Source: an uncultured Gemmatimonadaceae bacterium (GTDB lineage: Bacteria > Gemmatimonadota > Gemmatimonadetes > Gemmatimonadales > Gemmatimonadaceae). Taken from it: a DNA stretch of 64,000 nt. Below are positions 27,613 through 37,490 of this stretch, piece by piece. Both the position numbers and the translations under genes were made by a program. The stretch is taken from positions 1,696,001 to 1,760,000 of the forward strand of contig CAVXGK010000002.1 of the NCBI GenBank assembly GCA_963761305.1, in the 5' to 3' direction. Position 1 is the first letter of the stretch; every line of letters begins with the position of its first letter. A model generated the notes under the pieces. That model had not been told where the DNA came from, made no database searches, and was given only the letters and a program-made list of their open reading frames with translations.

Positions 27613-28431
27613 ATGAGACGATTTGGTTGGGCGACGCGAGCGGCGACCGCCATTCTGGCGCTGGGCGGGTCCGGCTGCGCGATATCACAGCAACAAGAAG
27701 TGCAGATCGGCGCGCAGCAATCGCAGCAGGTCAACGCCCAACTGCCGATCATTCGCGATCCGGAGATCAACCGCTACCTCCAGGTACTCGGCGACTCGAT
27801 CGCCCGCGTGACGAGTCGGTCCGACCTGGATTGGCACTTCTTTCTCGTGAACACGAACGACTTCAACGCGTTCGCGCTCCCGGGCGGCTACGTCTACATC
27901 AATCGCGGTGTCGCCGAACGCTCCGACCGGCTGGATCAGTTCGCCTCTGTGATGGCGCACGAGATCGGGCACGTCGTCCTCCGTCATTCGGTGAAGCAGA
28001 TGCAGCAGATGCAAGGCGCAAACGTCGGCGCGATGGTGTTGTGCACCCTGACCGCTGTGTGCAACGGCATCGGAGGGGCCGGCGTGCAGGTCGGCGGCGG
28101 ACTGCTGTTCGCCAAGTTCAGCCGCGGCGACGAGGCGCAGGCCGACTCTGCGGGCGTGGAAGAGTTGGTGCGCGCCGGCATCAACCCGACCGGCATGCCG
28201 GAAATGTTCGAGAAGCTGATCGCCGAGCGACGAACGGCCCCCTCGACGGTCAATCAGTTTTTCACCGATCACCCGCTTGAGGAAGACCGTGTGCAGGATA
28301 CGCGAAACCACATCGCGCAGTACAATCCGGTGATCATTCGCACGCTGACCAACGACTCGCGCCTGTTCCAGGACTTCAAGTCGCGCGTTCGCGCGCTCCC
28401 GCCTCCGCCCCAGCCGCGCGCGCGTCCCTAA
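27613..28431 (+). CDS. M48-family metallopeptidase lipoprotein (BepA/LoiP-like)
   Basis: Lipobox-like GSGC, NAFALPGG, AHEIGH, FSRGDEAQAD and DHP motifs. Confidence 0.9.
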   Translation: MRRFGWATRAATAILALGGSGCAISQQQEVQIGAQQSQQVNAQLPIIRDPEINRYLQVLGDSIARVTSRSDLDWHFFLVNTNDFNAFALPGGYVYINRGVAERSDRLDQFASVMAHEIGHVVLRHSVKQMQQMQGANVGAMVLCTLTAVCNGIGGAGVQVGGGLLFAKFSRGDEAQADSAGVEELVRAGINPTGMPEMFEKLIAERRTAPSTVNQFFTDHPLEEDRVQDTRNHIAQYNPVIIRTLTNDSRLFQDFKSRVRALPPPPQPRARP

Positions 28432-29257
28432 CGCCGATCCGCTCCACCACACCCGATACGAGGCGAACGAAGGCGCCGGCCGCGCGCGCCGTCGTCTCGA
28501 GCACATCGTCGTGTGAGAGCGGCGAGGATGACAGCCCGGTCGCGGGATTCGTGACGCAGCTGAAGCCGAGCACGCGCATGCCGATCGCGCGCGCGACGAT
28601 CACCTCGGGAACGGTCGACATGCCGACGGCGTCGGCGCCGAAAATGCCCAGCATGCGCACTTCGGCGGCGGTTTCGTACTGGGGACCGAGCAGCCCCGCG
28701 TAGACGCCTTCGCGTAGCACGATCCCCTGCTCTCGCGCCACTTCACGCGCGATATCCGCCAGCCGCGCGTCGTACGGCGACGACATGTCGGGAAATCGAA
28801 GATCGCCGTGCTCGAGCGGCCCGATGAGCGGATTGCGAAACATCAGGTTGATGTGATCGCGGATCAGCATCAGGTCGCCGGGATTCCAACTCGGGTTGAT
28901 TCCACCGGCGGCGTTGGAGACGATGAGCGTCGGCGCGCCAAGCGCGTGGACGACGCGCACAGGATATCCGGCGAGCGCCGCGTCGTGGCCTTCGTAGAGA
29001 TGGAATCGCCCGGCCAGCGCGAGCACCGGCACGCCGCGGAGCGTGCCCGCGATCAGCTGTCCGGCGTGGCCCGCGACGGTGGAGGACGGAAATCCGGGTA
29101 CGTCGCGGTAGTGAATCGTCCGGGCGTCGTCGATTTCCTCGGCGAGACCGCCGAGGCCTGAACCGAGGATGATCGCGGCGACCGGCGCCACGTCGCCCAC
29201 GCGGGCGCGAATCCGCTGCGCCGCGGCGAGCGCCTGGGCCGCTCCGTGCCCGCTCAC
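28376..29257 (-). CDS. punA: Purine-nucleoside phosphorylase (PNP I / xapA type)
   Basis: IILGSGLG, GRFHLYEG, NAAGG, GPQYETAAE and VGMSTVPE motifs; GTGA overlap with add. Confidence 0.92.
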   Translation of the reverse strand: MSGHGAAQALAAAQRIRARVGDVAPVAAIILGSGLGGLAEEIDDARTIHYRDVPGFPSSTVAGHAGQLIAGTLRGVPVLALAGRFHLYEGHDAALAGYPVRVVHALGAPTLIVSNAAGGINPSWNPGDLMLIRDHINLMFRNPLIGPLEHGDLRFPDMSSPYDARLADIAREVAREQGIVLREGVYAGLLGPQYETAAEVRMLGIFGADAVGMSTVPEVIVARAIGMRVLGFSCVTNPATGLSSSPLSHDDVLETTARAAGAFVRLVSGVVERIGVRDARAAGAEAGARERAT

Positions 29258-30309
29258 GCCGCCGCGCCCGACCGCAGTCGCGCGACCTCGGCGTCGAAGT
29301 CGGCGAGCATCTTCGCGCGTTCCTCGAACGACACGAAGGCGCTGGCGAATCCGTTTCGCGCGACACGCGCCAGCTCGTCGAACGTGAAGTCGAGCGAGCG
29401 GGCGGCGTGGACGTACTCGTCGGTGAGCGTCGTGCCGCTCATGAGCCGGTTGTCGGTGTTGAGCACGACGTTCAGCCCACGATCGAAGTACCGCCGCAGC
29501 GGATGCGCCTCGTACGACACGACGGCGCGCGTCTGGACGTTGCTCGTCAGGCAGATCTCGAGCGGAATGCGCCGGTCGTTCACGTACTGTGTGAGGGCTT
29601 CGTCTTCGATCAGCCGCGTCGCGTGCCCGATGCGATGCGCGCCGCAGCGGTGGATCGCTTCGCGCACCGACGACGCGTCGGCGCCCTCGCCGGCGTGACA
29701 GGTGCACGCGAGGTCGTGGGCCTGCGCGTACTCGAACGCCGCCGCGTGCAGCGATGCCGGATTTCCGAGCTCGCCTCCGGCGAGATCGAATCCGACGACG
29801 CCCCGCGTGCGGTACGCGACGGCGAGGTGCGCCAGCTCCACCGACACGTCGGGCGACAGATGGCGCAGCGCGCAGACGATGATTCGCCCCGACGCCCCGC
29901 CCTCCTTGTGTGCGCGCTCGAGCCCGCGCAGCGTCGCCTCGATCGCTTCGCCCGGCGACAACCCGCCGCGCACGTTGAGCACCGGCGCGAAGCGCACCTC
30001 GATGTAGCGCACGCCGTCGCGCCCGGCGTCGATCGCCAGCTCGTACGCCGCCCGCTCGAGCGCCTCGGCGGTCTGGAGCACGGCCAGCGTGACGTCGAAC
30101 TTGGCGAGGTAGTCCTCGAGGCTCCGCGCATCGTCGACGCGCATGAATTCACGCACCGACTCCGCGTCGTCGCGCGGAATCGGCTGATGATACTCGCGCG
30201 CCAACTCGAGCAGCGTCTCCGGACGAATCGAACCGTCCAGGTGACAGTGAAGCTCGGCCTTCGGCAGACGGCGGAGCAGATCCGACGTCAGCGGAGGACC
30301 AGCCGTCAC
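29254..30309 (-). CDS. add: Adenosine deaminase
   Basis: PKAELHCHLDGS, HAGE, RIGHA, EICLTSN and NTDN motifs. Confidence 0.95.
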   Translation of the reverse strand: MTAGPPLTSDLLRRLPKAELHCHLDGSIRPETLLELAREYHQPIPRDDAESVREFMRVDDARSLEDYLAKFDVTLAVLQTAEALERAAYELAIDAGRDGVRYIEVRFAPVLNVRGGLSPGEAIEATLRGLERAHKEGGASGRIIVCALRHLSPDVSVELAHLAVAYRTRGVVGFDLAGGELGNPASLHAAAFEYAQAHDLACTCHAGEGADASSVREAIHRCGAHRIGHATRLIEDEALTQYVNDRRIPLEICLTSNVQTRAVVSYEAHPLRRYFDRGLNVVLNTDNRLMSGTTLTDEYVHAARSLDFTFDELARVARNGFASAFVSFEERAKMLADFDAEVARLRSGAAA

Positions 30310-30533
30310 GACGCGTCCGCCGAGCGCTGGCGAGCCGAGACGACGCGCAGGATGCCGCCGGCATGCATCACGGTGGCCGGATCCAGCGGGAGGCCGCGGC
30401 TGTCGGTGATGAGACGAGCGCCGGCACTCACCGCGTTGGCCTCGCCCGCATCAAATGCCTGCACCGCGTCGAGGGCGCTGGCGCCCGAGGGCAAGTCGAG
30501 AGGAGTCGAGTTGACGAAAACGCGCACGGACAC
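30306..30533 (-). CDS. Small hypothetical protein, possible ThiS/MoaD-like beta-grasp fold
   Basis: 75 aa, VRVFVN...LDLPSGASALDAV pattern; GTGA overlap with add. Confidence 0.6.
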   Translation of the reverse strand: MSVRVFVNSTPLDLPSGASALDAVQAFDAGEANAVSAGARLITDSRGLPLDPATVMHAGGILRVVSARQRSADAS

Positions 30534-30627
30534 CGAAAGGCGAAAGGGACGAACTCCGAAGGTAACGAACGGCGAAGCTAACGAGGAGCGAAAGTGACGA
30601 ACTCCGAGGACGGCGAGGGGGCCAGAA
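30533..30627. repeat. Degenerate inverted arm of the 16-bp repeat
   Basis: Contains TAACGAACGGCGAA, the reverse complement of TTCGCCGTTCGTTA. Confidence 0.6.
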
Positions 30628-30704
30628 ATAGGAAGCCGTGGGTCGGGTCTGCATGCGCCATCGCGGGGACGTTCGCCGTTCGCGTCGATTTCCGCGGTCC
30701 AGCG

Positions 30705-30880
30705 ACTCTCGCCGTTCGTTACTCTCGCCGTTCGTTAGCCTCGCCGTTCGTTAGCCTCGCCGTTCGTCAGTTTCGCCGTTCGTCAGTTTCGCCATTTGTT
30801 AGTTTCGCCGTTTGTTAGTTTCGCAGTTCGTTAGTTTCGCCGTTTGTTAGTTTCGCAGTTCGTTACCTTCGCCCTTCGGA
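30705..30880. repeat. 16-bp tandem repeat (AGTTTCGCCGTTCGTT-like, about 11 units)
   Basis: Units drift from ACTCTCGCCGTTCGTT through AGCCTCG... to AGTTTCG...; the last units overlap the stop of the adjacent gene. Confidence 0.9.
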
Positions 30881-32497
30881 ATTCACGACCCTCCGACTCG
30901 TCCCCGCAAAATCCGCCGGGCTCAGAGTTCCGCGTTTTCTCACTTCGTCGATCAACAGATCTCTGATGTCCCGCTGTTGATCGTAGACGACCGGTGCGCC
31001 GTGCAGCATGGAGAATCCCCCGCCGCCCGCCTGCCGGAAGTTGCTCACGGCCATCGTGAACGTGTCCGCCGCGGCGACCGGCCGGCCCTGGAACTCGAGG
31101 CGCGTGACGCGCTCGCCGATCGGCCGCGAGACGTCGATCTCGTAGTCCACCCCGCCGACGACGTCGTAGTTGTAGCCCGGGATCGTCGGATCGGGTTCGA
31201 CGCCGCGGGCGTCGGCGCGGAAAAAGCGCGCGCTGTGCTCGAGATACTCGCGCAGCTGTTCGCCGCTGATCCGCACGGCCCGCAGCGTGTTGTCGTACGG
31301 GTAGAGCGCGGCCATGCCGGCGATCGTGATCGGGCCGGGCGCGATCGAGTCGAGCGAGAACACGGCCGTCGACGCCAGCTGCGCGCCCGACGCGCGCCGC
31401 TCGACGTCGAGCACGAAGTTGGTGAGCGGTGTCGCCGCGACGCGCCCCGAATCGCCGCGCCATGCCACGGACGTGTTGCCGATCACCGTCGCCGCGTAGC
31501 GAACGGCGAGGCGGTGCCCTTCGGCGGCGACAGCCAGGACTTGAGAATCCTCGCGATGGTGCACCGCTTGAATGATCCAGCTCCGCTTGTGCGTCACGGT
31601 CCAGCGTCCGTTGTGCCGCTCGAGCCGCAGCTGCGCCACGGCGAGACTGGTCGCGAAGTTCTTCGGCTGCATGAGCAGCGCGCCGGCGATGACGGTGTCG
31701 GCCATCTCCTTGTGCGTGTGCCCGTAGACGATCACGTCGATGCCCGGCACCTCGCGAGCGACGCGCGCCGCCACGTTCTCGCTCCCCGCGCCCGTGCCGA
31801 CCGTGTCGTAGGTGGACGGCTCGTCCAACCCGGAGTGCAGGACGACGACCACGACCGCCGCGCCGGCGTTTTTCGCGTCGCGCACGGAGCTCCGCACGTC
31901 GGGCACGATGTCGCGTACTTGAAGACGCCCGGCGAGCTGGTCGTGATCCAGCACCATCGCGCCCGGCGTCGTCGCGCCGACGATCGCCACCTTCACGCCG
32001 CGCCGAATCTCGACCGTCCACGCGAGGAATCGCCGCTGCCCGTTCAAGCCGTACACGTTGCAGGCGAGCATCGGGAAGTCGGCTTCGTGCATCGCGCGCT
32101 CGAGCGCCGGCAGGCCGTAGTCGAATTCATGATTTCCAATCACCGCGGCGTCGTACTCCATCGCGTTCATGGCCGCGATCACCGGATGCTTGATCGTCGT
32201 GTCGACGCGCGCCGCGACGTACGTCAACGGCGTTCCCTGGAGCATGTCGCCCGCGTCGACCAGAATCGGCAACGCGCCCGTCGCGCGCCGCAACGAATCG
32301 ACGATCGTCGCGATGCGCGCCAGGCCGCGGAGCGTGTCCGGCCGCCCCGTCAGGTAGTTCCAGCCTTCGATGTACCCGTGGACGTCGGTGGTGGCGGCGA
32401 GCACCAGATCGACCGTGCCGTTGGCCCCCAACGTGAGGCTCGTGAAACACGCCGTGGCTCCCAAGAGCCCGAGCGTTAGCAGTCCCCGTATGCGCAT
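30863..32497 (-). CDS. Secreted 5'-nucleotidase / 2',3'-cyclic-nucleotide phosphodiesterase (CpdB/UshA family)
   Basis: Signal peptide, TTDVHG, DAGDMLQG, GNHEFDYG, GHTH, LYPYDNTL and YNYD motifs. Confidence 0.9.
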   Translation of the reverse strand: MRIRGLLTLGLLGATACFTSLTLGANGTVDLVLAATTDVHGYIEGWNYLTGRPDTLRGLARIATIVDSLRRATGALPILVDAGDMLQGTPLTYVAARVDTTIKHPVIAAMNAMEYDAAVIGNHEFDYGLPALERAMHEADFPMLACNVYGLNGQRRFLAWTVEIRRGVKVAIVGATTPGAMVLDHDQLAGRLQVRDIVPDVRSSVRDAKNAGAAVVVVVLHSGLDEPSTYDTVGTGAGSENVAARVAREVPGIDVIVYGHTHKEMADTVIAGALLMQPKNFATSLAVAQLRLERHNGRWTVTHKRSWIIQAVHHREDSQVLAVAAEGHRLAVRYAATVIGNTSVAWRGDSGRVAATPLTNFVLDVERRASGAQLASTAVFSLDSIAPGPITIAGMAALYPYDNTLRAVRISGEQLREYLEHSARFFRADARGVEPDPTIPGYNYDVVGGVDYEIDVSRPIGERVTRLEFQGRPVAAADTFTMAVSNFRQAGGGGFSMLHGAPVVYDQQRDIRDLLIDEVRKRGTLSPADFAGTSRRVVNSEGRR

Positions 32498-32614
32498 TCG
32501 TTGCAAGCTAGCGGTTGTGCTTGCGCCGATACCAGATTGTGACGTTGTGACGACTTCAATTCCCCTGCTGGCGCCGCCAATGTTCGCCGCGAATGAGCGC
32601 GCCGCGCGGCCACA

Positions 32615-33244
32615 ATGAACCCCTTCATCGTCGGAATCGCCGGGGGTTCGGGGTCCGGAAAGTCGACCGTGGCGCGGCATGTCGCGCAGGCGCTGCGCGC
32701 CGAGTCGGTCGCGTTCATCGATATGGACGCGTACTACGTGAACTGTGCCCACCTCACGCTCGACGAGCGGCGGAAGGTCAACTGGGATCACCCCGACGCC
32801 TTCGATTGGCCGCTCTTCATCTCGCACCTGGAACGGCTCGCCGACGGCGAGTCGATCGACAAGCCCGTCTACGACTTCGTCACGCACTCGCGGCGCAAAG
32901 ACACGGTGGTCGTGCCGCCGGCCAGCGTCGTCGTCGTGGATGGCATCCTCCTTTTTGCCGACTCGCGCATCCGCGAACTTTGTGACGTGAAGATCTTCGT
33001 CGACGCCGATGCCGACCTCCGACTCATCCGTCGCATTCGCCGCGACACCACCAAACGCGGCCGCCCGCTCGACGAGATCATCGACCAGTACCTCACTACC
33101 GTCCACCCGATGCACCTCGAATTCGTCGAGCCGACCAAGCGCTACGCCGACGTGATCCTTCCGCGCGGCGGCCACAACGAGATCGCCGTCGACATGATCG
33201 TCTCCAACATCCGGCGCAGGCTCGACGCAGCCGCCGCGCCATGA
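32615..33244 (+). CDS. udk: Uridine kinase
   Basis: GIAGGSGSGKST, NWDHPDAFD, RRIRRD..RGR and FVEPTKRYAD motifs. Confidence 0.95.
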   Translation: MNPFIVGIAGGSGSGKSTVARHVAQALRAESVAFIDMDAYYVNCAHLTLDERRKVNWDHPDAFDWPLFISHLERLADGESIDKPVYDFVTHSRRKDTVVVPPASVVVVDGILLFADSRIRELCDVKIFVDADADLRLIRRIRRDTTKRGRPLDEIIDQYLTTVHPMHLEFVEPTKRYADVILPRGGHNEIAVDMIVSNIRRRLDAAAAP

Positions 33245-33996
33245 CCGCCCCCCCGGCCCCCAACACTCCGGCCGCCCCGGCACCCCGCGCCGTCACCGGG
33301 GAACGAATTCTCGTCGTCGACGACGAGGCGGACATCGTCGCGCTCGTCGCCTACCACCTGGTCAAAGCCGGCTACAGAGTCTCGACCGCCGCGACCGGCC
33401 CCGAGGCACTCATGGCGGCGCGCCAGGAGCGGCCCGCGCTCATCGTGCTCGACCTCATGCTTCCCGGTGCGTCGGGCTACGAGGTGCTCGAGCAGCTCCG
33501 CGCGCACGAAGCGACGCGCGACGTCGCGGTCCTCATGCTCACCGCTCGGCGCGAGGAACAGGATCGCATCCGCGGTCTCGCGCTGGGCGCCGACGACTAC
33601 CTCACCAAACCGTTCAGTCCCCAGGAGCTCGTGCTCCGCGTCGGCGCGATCCTGCGCCGCATGAGCGCGGGCGGCGTCGGCCCCGCCGACGTCGTCACGA
33701 TCGGGCCGGTCACGATCGACCGCGCCGAACATCGCGTCGCCGTCGACGGCCGGGCGATCGAGCTCACGCCCACCGAATACAAGCTGCTCTTGACGCTCGC
33801 CGAGCGGCGCGGTCGTGTTCAGGGACGCGCGCACCTTCTCGAGACAGTCTGGGAAGCCGCGCCCGACATCCAGACCCGCACGGTCGACATGCACGTGCAA
33901 CGGCTGCGCACCAAGCTCGGTGAAGCGGGAGATCTGATCGAAACCGTTCGAGGATTCGGCTACCGGCTCAAGAGCAATCAGGCCCGCCGCGCGTGA
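33241..33996 (+). CDS. phoB: PhoB/OmpR-family response regulator
   Basis: REC domain (VVDDE, LDLMLP, GADDYLTKPF) plus winged helix (RTVDMHVQRLRTKL, ETVRGFGY); phosphate-gene context. Confidence 0.75.
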   Translation: MTAPPAPNTPAAPAPRAVTGERILVVDDEADIVALVAYHLVKAGYRVSTAATGPEALMAARQERPALIVLDLMLPGASGYEVLEQLRAHEATRDVAVLMLTARREEQDRIRGLALGADDYLTKPFSPQELVLRVGAILRRMSAGGVGPADVVTIGPVTIDRAEHRVAVDGRAIELTPTEYKLLLTLAERRGRVQGRAHLLETVWEAAPDIQTRTVDMHVQRLRTKLGEAGDLIETVRGFGYRLKSNQARRA

Positions 33997-35711
33997 GTCT
34001 CACCAAGCGGCTGTTGTTGGGCTCGCTCGGGATAGTCGTATTCCTCGTCGCCGTCGTCGTGTTGATCGCCGGCAATCGTCTGGCGAACCGGCTCGCCGAC
34101 GAAACACAGAACGAGTTGGAGCGCGAGGCGCGGCTCGTCGGCAGCGAATGGCACGCCGGAATGAACGCCGACTCGCTCGCCGACTCCGCGGGCGCGGCGC
34201 TCGGGCGACGCGTGACGCTGATTCGCCCCGACGGCGTCGTCATCGGCGATTCCGAATTCAGCGGCGAAGACCTCCTCCAACTGGAAAACCACTTCACGCG
34301 CCCGGAAGTCGCCGCGGCGCGCGAACACGGCTCGGGCGTCTCGCGGCGGCGCAGCCCGTCGGCCGGTGACGACGAGTTCTACCTCGCGATCAAGCATCCG
34401 CTCGGCACCGTGCGCGTCTCGGTTGGTACGGCGAAGTTCCGCGAGATCGTGACCGGCGCGCGCGACGACGTGATCGCCGCCGGCCTGCTCGCTCTCGCCG
34501 GCACGTTGGTCGTCGCGTTCGGATTCTCGCGCGCCGTCTCGAAGCCGATCGTCGAATTGCGCGACGTCGCGACAGCCATCGCCGCCGGCGACCTCGGACG
34601 ACGGCCGGCGCTGTCGGCGCCCGGCGAGGTCGGCGACCTCGCCGCCGCGCTCCAGCGCATGACCGAACAACTCTCGTCGCGACTGTCGGCGCTGCAGGCG
34701 GAGGACGCGCTCCTCGCCGCCGTCATCGACTCGCTCGACGAGGGAATCGTCGCCGTGAGCGCGCGCGGCAGCGTGGTGCGCCTGAACGAGAGCGCGCGCC
34801 GGCTGCTCGACCTCAAGGCCGCCGTGCCCTTCTCGACCGACCTGCTTCCGCAGGACCGGCTGGTGCGCGACGCCGTGCGCGGCGCGATGGCCGGCGTCGC
34901 CGCCGGTCCGCTCGAGATCGGCGTCGGCGAGCGAACGCTCGTCGTCTCGGCGCGTCCGCTGCCCGACGGCGGCGCGGTCGTCGCCGTGCAAGACCTCACG
35001 ACGCGCCGGCGGCTCGAGACCATCCGCCGCGACTTCGTCGCCAACGTCTCGCACGAGCTCAAGACGCCGCTCACCGTCATCGCCGGATTCGCCGAGACGT
35101 TGCGCGACCGTGAACTGCCGACGGACAATCGCGAACGTTTTCTCGACACGATCGAAGCCAACACGCGCCGCATGCAGCGTATCGTCGACGACCTGCTCGA
35201 CCTGTCGCGGTACGAGTCGGGAAGCTGGCGGCCGAACGTCGTGTCCAACGATCTCGCGGGCGTGGTGACCGACGTGTTCATCGGCGTCTCGCGCGCCGCC
35301 GACGCGAAGGGACTCACGCTCAACTTTCAAGCGTCGCCCGACGCCGACCGCGTCGATGCGGACCCGACGGCGCTGCGCCAGGTGCTGGCGAATCTCGTCG
35401 AGAACGCGGTGCGCCACACGGCGCGCGGTGGCGTCACCGTGAACGCCGAGGCGCCGCCCCGCGGCGGCACCACGCTGCGCGTTCGCGACACCGGCAGCGG
35501 CATCCCGACCGAACACCTCGGGAGAATCTTCGAGCGCTTTTATCGGGTCGATGCCGGTCGTGCACGTGAAGAAGGCGGCACCGGACTCGGCCTCGCCATC
35601 GTGCGACACCTCGTCGAAGCGCACGGCGGATCCGTGCGCGCCGAAAGCATCGTGGGCCAGGGGACGACGATCACAGTGCACTTCCCGGCGAAACCCGTTA
35701 CGCACACGTGA
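33993..35711 (+). CDS. phoR: PhoR-like sensor histidine kinase (HAMP, PAS, HisKA, HATPase)
   Basis: ENHFTRPEV, RRDFVANVSHELKTPLT, IFERFYRVD and GGTGLGLAIV motifs. Confidence 0.8.
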   Translation: MSLTKRLLLGSLGIVVFLVAVVVLIAGNRLANRLADETQNELEREARLVGSEWHAGMNADSLADSAGAALGRRVTLIRPDGVVIGDSEFSGEDLLQLENHFTRPEVAAAREHGSGVSRRRSPSAGDDEFYLAIKHPLGTVRVSVGTAKFREIVTGARDDVIAAGLLALAGTLVVAFGFSRAVSKPIVELRDVATAIAAGDLGRRPALSAPGEVGDLAAALQRMTEQLSSRLSALQAEDALLAAVIDSLDEGIVAVSARGSVVRLNESARRLLDLKAAVPFSTDLLPQDRLVRDAVRGAMAGVAAGPLEIGVGERTLVVSARPLPDGGAVVAVQDLTTRRRLETIRRDFVANVSHELKTPLTVIAGFAETLRDRELPTDNRERFLDTIEANTRRMQRIVDDLLDLSRYESGSWRPNVVSNDLAGVVTDVFIGVSRAADAKGLTLNFQASPDADRVDADPTALRQVLANLVENAVRHTARGGVTVNAEAPPRGGTTLRVRDTGSGIPTEHLGRIFERFYRVDAGRAREEGGTGLGLAIVRHLVEAHGGSVRAESIVGQGTTITVHFPAKPVTHT

Positions 35712-35838
35712 CGACGTCGAGCCGCGCGCCGAACGCGCGCGCGGCACTCGACGTGCGGCAGTCGACATATATTCGTGTAGCTAGCGCCCGCGACGACGCG
35801 CGGTCGACGAGAGCTCATCAAGCGCGGGAGGTAGTCGT

Positions 35839-37485
35839 TTGTCTGTGACTATCCCGATCGGACGTGGCGAACGTTCGCCGCGGCGCGCGGTGGCGCCGGG
35901 ACACCGGCGCGTCGCCGCCATCGACATCGGATCGAATTCGATCCGGCAAATCGTCGCCGACGTCTCGAGCGACGGCACGATTCAGGTGGTCGACGAGATG
36001 AAGGCCGCGCCGCGACTCGCGACCGGACTCGCCGCCACCGGGCGACTCTCCGACATCGCGATTCGCGCGGCGATCGAAGCGGTCGAACGCATGGCGACGT
36101 TGGCGAAGGAGCTTGGCGCGGCGCGCATCGACGTCGTCGCGACGAGCGCCGTCCGCGACGCGACCAACGCCGCCACGTTCATCACCGAAGTGCAGCGCGT
36201 CACCGGACTGCGCGTGCGCGTGCTCGACGGTGCCGAAGAGGCCCGGCTCAGTTTCCGCAGCGCCGTCGCGCACTTCGACATGGGCGTCGGCCGCACGGTC
36301 GTGCTCGACATCGGCGGCGGATCCGCCGAGCTCGCGCTGAGCGCCGAGGGGATCATCGAGCGGCTGGTGTCGCTGCCGTTCGGCGCCATTCGGCTGACCG
36401 AGGAGTACTTCGAGAACGGCATCACGCCGCGCGGCGTGCGAAAGCTGCGTCGCGCGGTGAACGAGGACATTCGCGCGCACGTGCCGCGTCGCGACTGGCG
36501 CGGTGCCCAGCTCATCGGCTCGGGCGGATCGTTCACCAACCTTGCGGGAATCTTTCTCGCGCGGCAAGGCATCCTCACCGCGGCGCGATCGGTGCACGCG
36601 GCGCACATTCCGCGGTCCGATCTCGAGCACATCCTCGACATGCTCGCCGACATGACGTCGGAGGAGCGGCGCGAGGTGCCGGGCCTCAACCCCGAACGCG
36701 CCGACATCATCGTGGCCGGCATCGCCGTCGCCGCCGAGGTGCTGCGACGGCTCGAGACGCGCGAGCTGATCGTGTCGCGCTACGGGATCCGCGAGGGGCT
36801 GCTGCTCGAGGCGGCGCGCGTGCCGCCTACCATCGCCGATCCGGGCGAGGCGCGCTCGCGATCGATCGGCGAATTCGCGCAACGATGCCACGCCGAAGAA
36901 CCGCATTCGTCGCACGTGCAGGTGCTCGCGCTGGCGCTGTTCGACGCGCTCGGCGAACGACTCGGCTGCACGCGCGAGGATCGGCTCGCGCTCGCCGACG
37001 CCGCGCTACTGCACGACGCCGGCTATCACATCAGCTACGAGCGCCACCACAAGCACTCGTACCATCTCGTGCTCCACGCCGACCTGCTGGGCCTCGCGCC
37101 GTCGGAGCAGGTGGTCGTCGCGAACGTCTCGCGCTATCACCGCGGATCCGAACCGCGTCGCCGGCACCGCAACTTCGGCATGCTCGACAAGACGTTGCGT
37201 CGCCGCATCCGGCGCCTCTCGGCGATTCTCCGCATCGCCGACGGGCTCGATCGCGGACACGTGAGCGCGGTGGCGGGTGTGAAGGTGCGTTGGACGCAGC
37301 GCGCGATCCGCATCACGCCGGTTCCGGCATCGCCGCGGCCGCGCGGAGCGATGCGACTCGAGATGTGGGGCGCGCACCGGAAATCCGGGCTCCTCGCCAC
37401 GATCGCCGGAACTGCGGTCGAGATCGTGGCGCCGGACGGGCACGTGCTGTCGTCGGACAGCCTCGGAGGAGAAGAGCTCGAGTAG
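35839..37485 (+). CDS. ppx: Ppx/GppA exopolyphosphatase with HD domain
   Basis: AAIDIGSNS, ATSAVRDA, DIGGGS, RADII, GIREG and LLHDAG motifs. Confidence 0.92.
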   Translation: MSVTIPIGRGERSPRRAVAPGHRRVAAIDIGSNSIRQIVADVSSDGTIQVVDEMKAAPRLATGLAATGRLSDIAIRAAIEAVERMATLAKELGAARIDVVATSAVRDATNAATFITEVQRVTGLRVRVLDGAEEARLSFRSAVAHFDMGVGRTVVLDIGGGSAELALSAEGIIERLVSLPFGAIRLTEEYFENGITPRGVRKLRRAVNEDIRAHVPRRDWRGAQLIGSGGSFTNLAGIFLARQGILTAARSVHAAHIPRSDLEHILDMLADMTSEERREVPGLNPERADIIVAGIAVAAEVLRRLETRELIVSRYGIREGLLLEAARVPPTIADPGEARSRSIGEFAQRCHAEEPHSSHVQVLALALFDALGERLGCTREDRLALADAALLHDAGYHISYERHHKHSYHLVLHADLLGLAPSEQVVVANVSRYHRGSEPRRRHRNFGMLDKTLRRRIRRLSAILRIADGLDRGHVSAVAGVKVRWTQRAIRITPVPASPRPRGAMRLEMWGAHRKSGLLATIAGTAVEIVAPDGHVLSSDSLGGEELE

Positions 37486-37490
37486 AGCGG

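Noticed and set aside
28376..28431. 56-bp convergent overlap of PNP and M48
   Set aside because: The PNP tail is low-complexity; this is a common stop-codon drift in GC-rich genomes.
30705..30880. Possible CRISPR array (also considered for 6613-6692 and 27478-27540)
   Set aside because: Units are contiguous 7-16-bp repeats with no unique spacers, and no cas genes are present.
32536..32555. Pho box upstream of the nucleotidase (GTCACAAC GTCACAAT, minus strand)
   Set aside because: The period is 8 bp, not 11 bp.
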